From: Octopus bimaculoides
Taxonomy: Eukaryota
NCBI RefSeq assembly: GCF_001194135.2
Contig: NC_069002.1
Coordinates: forward strand, 11,218,484-11,257,003
Direction of reading: 5' to 3'
Length of the DNA: 38,520 nucleotides
In this document: positions 1-10,698 of the stretch, piece after piece
Layout: the number at the start of each line of letters is the position of its first letter
How positions within the stretch are numbered: the first letter of the stretch is position 1
Notes under the pieces: model-generated
Databases searched by the model: none
Seen by the model: the letters and a program-made list of their open reading frames with translations, nothing else
What the model was told of the DNA's origin: nothing
Made by a program: the position numbers and the translations under genes

Positions 1-1990
1 CAATGAACGTACGCACGAACGAATGATCACACGAACAAACGTACGTACGTACGAAGGAACGAACGAACAAACGAAAAATATAACGAAGGAACGACGAACG
101 TACGTACATATGTATGTACGTACACACGTACGTACGAACGAACGAACGAACGTAAGTACGTACATGCGAAGGAGCGAAAGAACCAAACAACGAACAAACG
201 AACGTACGTACGTTCATACGTACGAATGAAGGAATGAACGAACGAAAGAAAGTAAGTACGTACGAACCAACAAACGTACGATCGTTCGGACGTTCGTACG
301 TACGTTCGTACATACGTTCGTTCATTCCTTCATTCGTACGTATGAACGTACGTACAAACGTACGTTCGTTTATTCGTTTTTTGGTTCTTTCGATCGTTCG
401 TACGCTCGTACGTACATACGATCATTTGTTTGTTCGGCCGTTCGTACGTATGTACGTACGTACGAACGTTCGTCGTTCCTTCGTTAGTTTTTTCGTTCGT
501 TCATTCCATCGTCCGTTCCTTCGTTCGTACGTACGTTCGTAAATACGTGCGTATGTACGTACATTCGTTCGTGAGTACGCATGATCCTAAGTACGTACGT
601 ACGTATATAGTCCGTTCGTTTGTACGTACGTACGTACATACGTTTGTTCGTTGGATCATTCGTTCGTGCATATGTTCATTCGTTCGTTCATTCCTTCGTC
701 CGTTCGTTCTTTCACACGTACGTACGTTCTTTCGTAATACGTCCGTACATACGTCCGTACATTCGTACGTTCGTTTGTACGAAAGAACGTACGTTTGTTC
801 GTTCGTTCGTACGTACGTACGTACGAACGTACGTTTGTTCGTTCGTACCTACGTACGTACGTACGTTTGTTCGTTCGTACCTACGTACGTACGTACGAAC
901 GAACAAACGTACGTTTTTTCGTACAAACGAACGTACGAATGTACGGACGTATTACGAAAGAACGTACGTACGTGTGAAAGAACGAACGGACGAAGGAATG
1001 AACGAACGAATGAACATATGCACGAATGAATGATCCAACGAACAGACGAACGTACGTACGAATGTAAGAACGAACGAATGTATGTACGTACGTACGAAAG
1101 AACGATCGAAGGAACGAACGAAAGGACGAGCGTAAATAAGTATGTACGCACGAACGAATGATCTTACGTACGTACGTACATACGAAGGAACGAACAAATG
1201 AACTACCGAACGAACGTACGTATGAACGAATGTACGTACGTATGTACGGAAATTGGTACCTAAGTACGTACGTACGAATGAACAAACGAACGTACATACG
1301 TACGTACGTACGACGGAAGGAACGAACGAACTAAAGAACGGACGAAAGAACAAACGTACTTAGGTACGTACTTACGAACGAACGCACGTACATACGTACG
1401 AATGAACGAACGAACGACCTAACGTACTTTCGTACGTACCAACGAAAGAACGAACGTACGTACTTACTAACATACGTACTTACGAATGAACGAACGAACA
1501 AACGTACGTACGTACGAAGAAAAGAAAGAACGAACGAACGAAAAAAATATCGAAGGAACGACGAACATACATACATATGTATGTACGTACACACGTACGT
1601 ACGAACGACTGAACGAACGTATGTGCGTACGTACGAAGGAGCGAACGAACGATTGAAAGAACCAAACAACGAACAAACGAACGTACGTTTGTACGTACGT
1701 TCATACGTACGAATGAAGGAATGAACGAACGTACGTACGTATGTACGAATCTACGAACGAACGAACCAGGAAACGAACGTATCTAAGTACGTACGTGCGT
1801 ACGAACGATCGTACGAACGAACATATGTACGTACGGACGTACAAACGAACGAAAGCATTTACATACTTCCGTACGTAGGAACGAACGAAAGAGCGAATGA
1901 ACGTACGTACATATGTACGAACGAAAGATAGTACGTACGTACAAACAAAAGAACGAACGAACGTACGTACGTACGAACGACCGCACGTAG
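1..1990. repeat. CpG-rich degenerate tetranucleotide satellite (ACGT/ACGA/ACAT units) with higher-order direct and inverted blocks
   Basis: Continuous cgta/cgaa/cgtt units. Orientation flips: gaac-rich 1-~290, gttc-rich ~290-~880, gaac-rich ~896-1990. 645-805 is the reverse complement of 896-1044. Confidence 0.95.
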
Positions 1991-2489
1991 GTATATATAT
2001 ATATATATATATATATNNNNNNNNNNNNNNNNNNNNNNNNNNNNNNNNNNNNNNNNNNNNNNNNNNNNNNNNNNNNNNNNNNNNNNNNNNNNNNNNNNNN
2101 NNNNNNNNNNNNNNNNNNNNNNNNNNNNNNNNNNNNNNNNNNNNNNNNNNNNNNTATATACACACACATACACCGGTGGGTAAAGGTGAGTGTAGGTGAA
2201 CCGGGCGAGAGAGACATTCAAATCTGTCCTGTCCTGGGTTCAAGCCTGGTCAGGATGGGGAAGAATGTTAGAGTCTTTTTATTTATACAAAAACATATTT
2301 CTAGATAGAGATCGAAACCTCTAGCTTCATACAAGGTTCTTAGTTAAATTACTAACACCTTTACCTATTAGGCCATCAAACCAACACCTGAAAAACAGAT
2401 AAAAAATGAGACAAATCTATTTTTTTATTGATTGGACACAATTATAGATTTAAGTATCTCATCTTTGACAGCAATTAGTGGGGGAGGGG

Positions 2490-2609
2490 GACCCGGTAGA
2501 CTAGTAGGTAAAGGTGAGTGTAGATGAACTGGCTGAGGGGGACATTCTGAACTGTCCTGTCCAGGGTTCAATCCTGGCCAGGATAAGAGAAGGAGGTGAG
2601 AGTCTTTTT
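2490..2609 (+). ncRNA. tRNA-like Pol III type-2 element (A box, B box, oligo-T); homologous copies at 2173-2280 (5' end lost in gap), ~2830-2927 (degenerate), 3173-3255
   Basis: A-box-like TAGACTAGTAGG 2497-2508; B box GGTTCAATCC inside CCAGG/CCTGG hairpin 2561-2577; T run 2605-2623. Expression is unproven. Confidence 0.45.
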
Positions 2610-2642
2610 TTTTTTTTTTTTTTCGTTTATACAAAAATATAT

Positions 2643-2726
2643 TTCTAGATAGAGATTGAAACCTCTACCTTCCTACAAGGTTATTGGTTAAATTACTAAC
2701 ACCTTTACCTATTAGGCCATCAAACC
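2643..2726 (-). ncRNA. tRNA-like element with long variable arm (class II-like); homologous copies at 2299-2382 and ~2980-3060 (degenerate)
   Basis: Minus strand GGTTTGA-TGGCCTAATAGG-TAAAGGTG...CCTT gtagg AAGG-TAGAG GTTTCAAT CTCTA, then T5 at 2637-2633. Canonical A box and D stem GCCT/AGGT; acceptor stem poor. Confidence 0.4.
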
Positions 2727-4610
2727 AACACCAGAGAAACAATTTAAAAATGAGATATTTAAATCTATTTTTATTATTGCTTTAATGCTGTGGTAGATTT
2801 AGTTATCTTATTTTCCACAGAAAGTAACAGGGCATCCAATGTAAGTAAAGACAGATAAATAAGCAGTGATAGGACATCCTGCATAATCTGGGAGTGGATT
2901 CAAGTCAGACCAGCGTGTAAGATTTTTCATTTAAATTCTTTTTTTTTAACAATGGTTTAAAAAAAAATAAAAACTTTAATAAGTGGAGATTGAAACCTCT
3001 ATCATCTTGCAACGCTATTGAACTAATTATAAATACCTTTATTCAGAAGGTCCTCTCTGCAACAACAAGAGCAAGCTTAAAGATGGGATATTTATTTAAA
3101 TCTATTCTCAATAATGATCTGATGCTGTGTTAGATTTAAATATCTCATTTTTTACTGAACCTAGAAGTGGGAGACCCAGTAAACCAGTGGGTTAAAGGCA
3201 TGGTGAGGCAGAACAACAGCTAAGATGCGAGATCCTGTCCATGGTTCAATAATGCACAATATTATCCAACTCTCTCTTTCTTGGTCTATGCATATATACA
3301 TATAAAATCAAAAAAAGATAAAATCTTTTACAAGAATTTTATCAGGAAGCTAGTATGCAAAAAAATTCGTACGGGAAATTTCTATTCCCAAGAATATACT
3401 TATTCGTTTATATATATATATATATATATATAAAGGGCATTACTACAGAATAATGCTACACACTAGACTTCCCAAATAAACACNNNNNNNNNNNNNNNNN
3501 NNNNNNNNNNNNNNNNNNNNNNNNNNNNNNNNNNNNNNNNNNNNNNNNNNNNNNNNNNNNNNNNNNNNNNNNNNNNNNNNNNNNNNNNNNNNNNNNNNNN
3601 NNNNNNNNNNNNNNNNNNNNNNNNNNNNNNNNNNNNNNNNNNNNNNNNNNNNNNNNNNNNNNNNNNNNNNNNNNNNNNNNNNNNNNNNNNNNNNNNNNNN
3701 NNNNNNNNNNNNNNNNNNNNNNNNNNNNNNNNNNNNNNNNNNNNNNNNNNNNNNNNNNNNNNNNNNNNNNNNNNNNNNNNNNNNNNNNNNNNNNNNNNNN
3801 NNNNNNNNNNNNNNNNNNNNNNNNNNNNNNNNNNNNNNNNNNNNNNNNNNNNNNNNNNNNNNNNNNNNNNNNNNNNNNNNNNNNNNNNNNNNNNNNNNNN
3901 NNNNNNNNNNNNNNNNNNNNNNNNNNNNNNNNNNNNNNNNNNNNNNNNNNNNNNNNNNNNNNNNNNNNNNNNNNNNNNNNNNNNNNNNNNNNNNNNNNNN
4001 NNNNNNNNNNNNNNNNNNNNNNNNNNNNNNNNNNNNNNNNNNNNNNNNNNNNNNNNNNNNNNNNNNNNNNNNNNNNNNNNNNNNNNNNNNNNNNNNNNNN
4101 NNNNNNNNNNNNNNNNNNNNNNNNNNNNNNNNNNNNNNNNNNNNNNNNNNNNNNNNNNNNNNNNNNNNNNNNNNNNNNNNNNNNNNNNNNNNNNNNNNNN
4201 NNNNNNNNNNNNNNNNNNNNNNNNNNNNNNNNNNNNNNNNNNNNNNNNNNNNNNNNNNNNNNNNNNNNNNNGTACAATAAATAAGTATAATATAATGCAA
4301 AGTAAATATTGATATATATTTTATACTGTGAAGCTTAATTTAATTTTAATAAATTGATTTTAATTGAGTTTTTACCTGTAATTTTGGATTTTATCCCTAA
4401 TATTATATATATATATATATATATGCATGCTTACATACATGTGAGCATGCATCCTGCATGCACCTGCACTTATATGCATGGGTGCCATTACTTATGTGGA
4501 TTGTATTACTTGCTGAACTTTGTGAGAGTGCTTTACATATTTTGATAATACCTTTGGTAGCTTCCAGTGGTAATCTTTTAATTGGGAGTTTTGTTACCTA
4601 CACAAGAGGG

Positions 4611-4862
4611 TAAAGTTATCTTCTAGAATCATGCTGACTCATGAAGGCTGGTTTCCCAGTTTCTATGGCATATATATTCTCCACCTGGACGGGATGCTAG
4701 TCCACCACAGGGTTACTCATTTTTGCCAGCTGAATGGACTGGAGCAATGTAAACTGAAGTGTTTTGCTCAAGAATACAATGCATCACTTGGTCCAGGAAT
4801 TGAAACCACAATCTTACAATCATGAGTCTAGCACTGTAATCACTAAGTCACATTGCTCCACA
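4611..4862 (-). mobile_element. tRNA-derived SINE, family D (shared core plus ccctgtggtggactagcatcccgtccagg tail)
   Basis: Minus-strand head tggagcaatgtgacttagtg...ggtttcaattcctgg; core cttgagcaaaacactt...ctccagtccattcagctgg; the tail recurs on + at ~13118-13208. Confidence 0.8.
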
Positions 4863-4864
4863 CA

Positions 4865-5900
4865 TGGGGAGTATATACGGTGTACACTGAAGAAGAAGGG
4901 ACATTTGCATAGCATACAAAGGTAAGAAAAAAAAGTGGGGGAGGATGATAGAGATGTAGCCCTCCTGCTACAGGAGGACCACTAGAGACAATTGTGGAAC
5001 CCCTCTCCCAGGGATCTCCCTGAACACCAAGAGCAAGTGCCCTCCCCATCTACTTCTCTCCGACTCACAGAGAGCTACCATCCACTCTTGCCAATTTTGT
5101 CACTTTCACCCACCTTTCATTAAACTCACTCGAGGACAGCACTTCACTCTTCATCCTCAATTTCCTTTTCAAGTGAAACTTGAAGAAGTCAATGTGAGCT
5201 CTACCAAAGAGGAATGCATCTGTCCTCGTGCCTTTCAGCCTTGTCCACCAAACAACCTCTTTCGTCACAGCCACCAGGCAAAGGAAAACTGCCTTACCTG
5301 CCCGACTGAAGGAGAGCAGCAGTGCAATCGTCACTACAGACTCAGCCGACAGATAGATCTGTCCCACATGTGACAGCAGCTGTTTGACCTAAACCCACAT
5401 GTCAGTAATTCCTGGACACTGAACAAGGGCATACAGAATGGTTTCGTCACTCTGCTTGCACCTTGGAAAGTCTGTCTGACAGTGCATCCATCCATCCATC
5501 TATCTATCTGACTGCGCATCCAGAACAGACTAGCAAGTCTGTTTTCGTCAGCGTCCAGAGTCTCCCCGAGAACATCGTCACACTTCACCACCACTAATCC
5601 TCTTTAAATTTCTAAAGCAGAGCATCCACCAATCCCATTGCCTGATTGGTAGAGGGATGTGAGTGCCTCATGACATTCTAGATGCCAGAGACCCAGTTTG
5701 AGTCTTTTCTTCACCCAGAACTGCAGCTCAAAAACGGAACCCACACATGCTCACCATCCAGAAATCATTGCAGGTGATGTAATTTAAGAGTGTGTCTGTT
5801 CATTACGAGCCACAACATACCTAATCTGCCACTCAGAGGATGCTGGCGACAGACTGACCGCCTGACCACTGGAACACATCCCTTCCAAAAGAATTAATGA
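4865..5900 (-). mobile_element. L1/Tx1-clade non-LTR retrotransposon, decayed 3' part of ORF2 plus 3' UTR
   Basis: Minus translation FPRCKQSDETILYALVQCP (decayed CxxC...ETxxHxxxxC knuckle), then KEVVWWTRLKG...HLKRKLR...FNERWVKVTKLARVDGSSL* typical of L1/Tx1 C-termini; stops and frameshifts present. Confidence 0.75.
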
Positions 5901-6284
5901 TAATAAAAACCAAAGTCTTTATGTTACTTACTTTTGATGTTTTCTGCTGTTGCTCTTCTTCTTCTTATTATTATTTTCATTTGAATTTTTATTTCACTTT
6001 TTTCCTTCCATTTTTTATTCTGAAATTAAGGTCAGGTTGACATTAAGAGAGGCGAGGCCTGTTTTTTTTTCAGCATGTTGGAATTGGAATCGGCAAAGAA
6101 AAAAAAAACAACAAAAAGAGAAAAAACAACCCAACCAGCAAGAAGAAGGACAACAACAAAAACAAACTAAAAACAAATAAAGTAAATGAAAAAAAGTGGA
6201 GAAGAGCTAAAAAAAGAAAAATAAAGGATGTTATAGACAATGTGATGTTGTGGAGTTGTACATTAGCGTTGTAAGACATTAGCA

Positions 6285-6321
6285 TATGTGTGAATGTATG
6301 TAGTATATATGTATGTATGTT

Positions 6322-6373
<52 letters not shown>

Positions 6374-6525
6374 TGTATGCATGTATATATGTATGTATGT
6401 TTGTATGTTTGTATATATATGTATGTATGTATGTATGCATGTATGTATGCATGTATGCATGTATGTATGCATGTATGCATGTATGTATGTATGGAAGCAC
6501 ATGTATGTATATATGTATGTGTGCA
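6285..6525. repeat. (TA)n/(TATG)n/(CATG) compound microsatellite
   Basis: Direct reading. Confidence 0.95.
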
Positions 6526-7147
6526 GTGATGGTGATGGTTGTGGTGGGATGTTTTTAGAATTTTGTATAGAATTTGGTAGAAGTGGTGCGAAGAACGGTT
6601 AGGGTAGAGGAAGGGGGTGAGGTGTATTACTTTATTTCATTTTGTTTCTTGTCTTGTTGTTCTTTTGTTTGTTTGTTTGTTTAGGTATTATCATTATTAT
6701 TTATTTATTTTTTTTTGTTATTCTTCCTAATTGAATGTATCATGCTCTTTGATATTCAAATATGAAATTTAGACATCAAAGAACAGCAGCAGCAACAACA
6801 ACAACAACAACAGCAACAACAACTGAAAGAAGCCCGACACTGCCTACTGTCTCACATACACATATACATACACTAAATAAATATATAAATACATAAAAAA
6901 AAAGCGACAGCCAAATTTCTTTAAATGGGAACTGAAGTATATTTGAACCTGCGACATTCCATGTTGAAATGAAAGAGGAGACGTGAACCACTCCAGAGAC
7001 ATTTGATCCTCTGGTCTTTAAATAATTTGCTGTCCTCTTTTTTTTTTTTATATGATATTATGCTGTGTTGTATTGTATTAGTTCTTAAATTTAGTAACAG
7101 AGAGAGAGTGGGGAGAAGGAGGAAGGATTGAGAGAAGGGTAAAGTTC

Positions 7148-7149
<2 letters not shown>

Positions 7150-7192
<43 letters not shown>

Positions 7193-7850
7193 GAGTTAGA
7201 GAGAGAGAGTGAGTGAGTGAGAAAGAAAGAGTGAGAGAGAGTTATGGATGTAGATAGATAGATAATTTATTAGAAGCATACATAGAGAAAAAGATAGACA
7301 GATAGATAGATAGATAGATAATGTATTAGAAGGATAGATAGGTAGATAGATAGATAGATAGATAGATAAACAAATAGATAGATAATTTATTAGAAGCATA
7401 CATAGAGAAAAAGACAGACAGATAGATAGATAGATAGATAAACTGATAAATAGATAGACAGATAGATAGATAATTTATTAGAAGCATACATAGAGAAAAA
7501 GACAGACAGATAGATAGATAGATGGACAGACTGATAAATAGAGAGATAGATAATTTATTAGTAGCATAAATAGATGAATAGATAGGTAGATAGATAGATA
7601 AACAGATAGATAGATAATTTATTAGAAGCATACATAGAGAAAGAGATAGACAGATAGATAGATAGACAGACTGATAAATAGATAGAGAGATGGATAGATA
7701 ATTTATTAGTAGCATAGATAGGTGAATAGACAGACAGATAGACAGACATACTGACGGATGGATAGATAGATAGGCATACTGACAGACAGACAGAGAGATA
7801 GATAGATGAGTGTATAAGGATACAGATAGAGATAGAGAGAAAGACTGTTA
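7150..7850. repeat. (GA)n/(GATA)n satellite with an embedded higher-order unit (ataatttattagaagcatacatagagaaaaag)
   Basis: The unit or its variants recur at ~7262, 7319, 7382, 7470, 7550, 7613 and 7698. Confidence 0.9.
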
Positions 7851-8227
7851 CTAGAAGCTGCTTCACCTGACAGAGTTTACAACATGTACATGTGGATGTA
7901 TTCAGTGGGAATCAGAAGTGTCGGGGTTCAAATTACACTTGGCTCAGTTGGGGAATCTCGACTATCCCCTTCCCCAACATACTAGCTACGCCGTCTTGTT
8001 TACATTGCGTAATATCTGTTAATATCATTATATATATATATATATATATATATANNNNNNNNNNNNNNNNNNNNNNNNNNNNNNNNNNNNNNNNNNNNNN
8101 NNNNNNNNNNNNNNNNNNNNNNNNNNNNNNNNNNNNTATATATGTGCATGTTTGTGTATGGGGTGTGCATAGATATGCATGTGTGTGTGTATATGTTTAT
8201 ATTATGAGATATATATAAGCATGTATG

Positions 8228-8268
<41 letters not shown>

Positions 8269-8499
8269 GCGTGTGTATATGTGTGTGTGTATGTACATAG
8301 ATATGCAGGAATATACAAATATAGGTGTGTGACTGGGTGTCTATGCAAATATATATCTGCATTTATGTGTGTATATATGTATTTATGTGTACATATGGAT
8401 ATGCATTTGTAAATACGTGTGTGTATACGTGTATATGTGTGTATATAAATGTGTATATATGTATTTGTGTGTGTGTATAAATGCAGATATACATGTAAC

Positions 8500-8542
<43 letters not shown>

Positions 8543-8567
8543 GAATGTATTATGTTATATATATTTT

Positions 8568-9136
8568 CTCACTCTTTTACTTGTTTCAGTCATTGGATGG
8601 CAGCCAAACTGTGCCACCAGTGTAATCTAACACATTAACTTCAGTACTTATTTGTTTAAAGTCTGGTACTCGTATCGATATCCTTTGCCAAACCACTAAG
8701 TTACGGGAGTGTAAAGAAACCAATGCTAGTTATCAAGCAGAGAGGAGAACGAACAAACACACACTCACACAAGATGGGCTTCTTCACAGTTTCCAAATAA
8801 ACTCACTCGGCCAGGAGCTTTTGTATAAAACTGTTGTCTAGAGTGCCATGCAGTAGGACTGAACCTGAAACCATATGATTGCGAAGTGAACTTCTTACCC
8901 ATGCAGACATGTCTCTTCCTATGAATAGGTATGGCTGTAAAGTGAGAAGTTTGCATCCAAGTAACATGGTTCTGGGTTCAGTCCCCCTGTGTGGCATCTA
9001 CCAAATCTACTCACAAGGCTTTGGTCAGCCTGAGGCTATACCAGAAGACACTTGCCCAAGGTGCCATACAGTGAGACTGAACCTGAGACCATGTGATTGG
9101 GAAGCAAGCTTCTTACCACACAGCTACTCCTGCACC

Positions 9137-9138
<2 letters not shown>
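8568..9138. mobile_element. Cluster of family-A SINE pieces: degenerate minus copy 8568-8915, plus head 8927-8998, minus head 9000-9138
   Basis: Similarity to the intact copies at 16801-17232 and 26735-27188 (cttttacttgtttcagtcatt tail; cacttgcccaaggtgcca...ggactgaacc head). Confidence 0.8.
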
Positions 9139-9216
<78 letters not shown>

Positions 9217-9756
9217 GAATACAAAATATGGGACAAGAACACAACAGGTGACAACAAGACATCCAGACAGATGATGCAAAAAGGGACAAGAAAAAACAAG
9301 TATGGGTCATTCGCGGTTTTCATTCATTAGTTGAGTTCCAGATTATCTTTGCAGTTTTGCCTGGTTATACTCGAGACTGCTCTAATCTGGCCAACCCCAA
9401 GGAAAAACTAAGCTAAGAGCATTAGATTCCTTGGAAGAAAGTAGCGAATGTATATGAAAACAAAGACGGAAAAAAACGGAGAAATGGTACACAAATACAA
9501 ATGCAAAGAACAGGACATTAACAACAGGTGTCTTTCAACTAAGGACGAATTAAATTAAACTGGCATGTATGACATATATATATGTATATACATACATTGA
9601 TGTACATTCTTTATTTTCTCTCCCTGTTTCTTTCTGTGTTCCTTTCTGTGGAAGAGCGTAGGCTTGAAACGTTAAAGACTTTTTCACTTCCTGAGCATTA
9701 ACCTAATACATCTAAATGTTGTCTACACCATTTGTCTTTGTCTTTTTGTGAATTCT

Positions 9757-9805
<49 letters not shown>

Positions 9806-9879
9806 TACCTATGAGCCTACAGGGTTAGGAATGCTCAGCCGGAGAGGAGTAAACAACCTGTATGTAAGGACAATACACT

Positions 9880-10099
9880 TTTACTTAGTTCGACATGTCT
9901 TCTCAAGCACAGCAAACTGCCAGAAGTCTCAGTCCTTGTCGTCTCCTTTGTGAGTTCCATCATCTGTAGATCCTTTCTTGATACTTTGCCCCATGTCTTC
10001 TTGGGTCAACCCCCTTCCACATGTTCCCTCTACAATTAAAGATTGGGACCTCTTGATGCAACTGTCTTCATACATATGCATTACATGGCCTTACCAGTG
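9880..10099 (-). mobile_element. RTE-clade LINE, ORF C-terminal fragment
   Basis: Minus translation HW*GHVMHMYEDSCIKRSQSLIVEGTCGRG*PKKTWGKVSRKDL matches the RTE W-GHV-RM...GRGRP+KTW motif. Confidence 0.85.
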
Positions 10100-10104
10100 A
10101 AGTT

Positions 10105-10639
10105 TTTTCACTTGCACATTCACTCTCAGCATGCGATTAAACTCAGAAAGTATGTTAGGAACCCATTGACCCAATTTGCTGACCAAATCTAAACTTCTCT
10201 GCTAGTTGTTCAACAGTTACAATGGGATTTTGTTCCACCAGAGTTTGCAGGACGTCCTCGTCATGCTCTACAGATCTTCCAGGATGAGTCTCATCTTCTA
10301 GACTGTAGTTTCGGCTCAGAATTTCTGGAACCACTGTTGACACTGGCTTATACATATTGTCCGATCCCATGTACTGTAATATTCTTTGCATTTTCTGTTG
10401 CGTTGTTGCCTTTATTGAACTCATAAAGCAAAATATGCCAAATATGTTCCTTTGCCAATTCCATCATCACTTTGAAAAAAATAACTTAAAATCGAACTGC
10501 ACTCTTCAAAACTTGCACCAACAATAAATACAAGGTAAATTACTACCTACTTTTATAGCATGTTGATGCAGGTAGTTTATCCCATCCCCCTTCGACTTCT
10601 AGTTCATGCAATTGAAAAACCCGCATTATTTATGGGATG

Positions 10640-10645
<6 letters not shown>
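10105..10645 (-). mobile_element. mariner DNA transposon, 5' end with TIR and decayed transposase N-terminus
   Basis: TA|GGGTCATCCCATAAATAATGCGG terminus next to (TA)n at ~10645. ATG at 10467: MMELAKEHIWHILLYEFNKGNNATE...CQQWFQKF...NYSLEDETHPGRS...VEQNPIVTVEQLAEK...SKLGQWVPNILSE (HTH and WVPHEL motif). Confidence 0.9.

Positions 10646-10698
<53 letters not shown>

Larger units (their letters stand above)
2173..3255. repeat. Tandem array of a ~340-bp unit (about 3.5 copies, progressively more diverged)
   Basis: gagat(c/t)gaaacctcta at ~2308, ~2652, ~2986. gaccc(g/a)gt at 2490 and 3173 (683 bp, two periods). aaatcta...tagattt spacer at 2406, 2750, 3083. A 45-bp block is identical in copies 1 and 2. 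Confidence 0.9.

Noticed and set aside
1-1990. CRISPR array
   Set aside because: No constant repeat separated by unique spacers, no cas genes, eukaryotic context.
23-2243. Many overlapping RTYVRT-type ORFs on both strands
   Set aside because: Translations of a stop-poor tetranucleotide satellite; several span N runs.
3443-4300. Long ORFs spanning N runs (also 18721-20277, 18794-19960, 30570-31799, 35011-35640 and others)
   Set aside because: Their length comes from unknown bases translated as X.
4561-4610. Possible plus exon (A)SSGNLLIGSFVTYTRG ending in phase 2
   Set aside because: The putative donor gtaaag is the terminus of the family-D SINE and the acceptor is weak.
6773-6991. Poly-Gln stretch on + and an STWNVAG motif (5-phosphatase/endonuclease-like) on -
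   Set aside because: (CAA/CAG)n microsatellite followed by a SINE-like gaaagaagcccg fragment; no good splice signals or further motifs.
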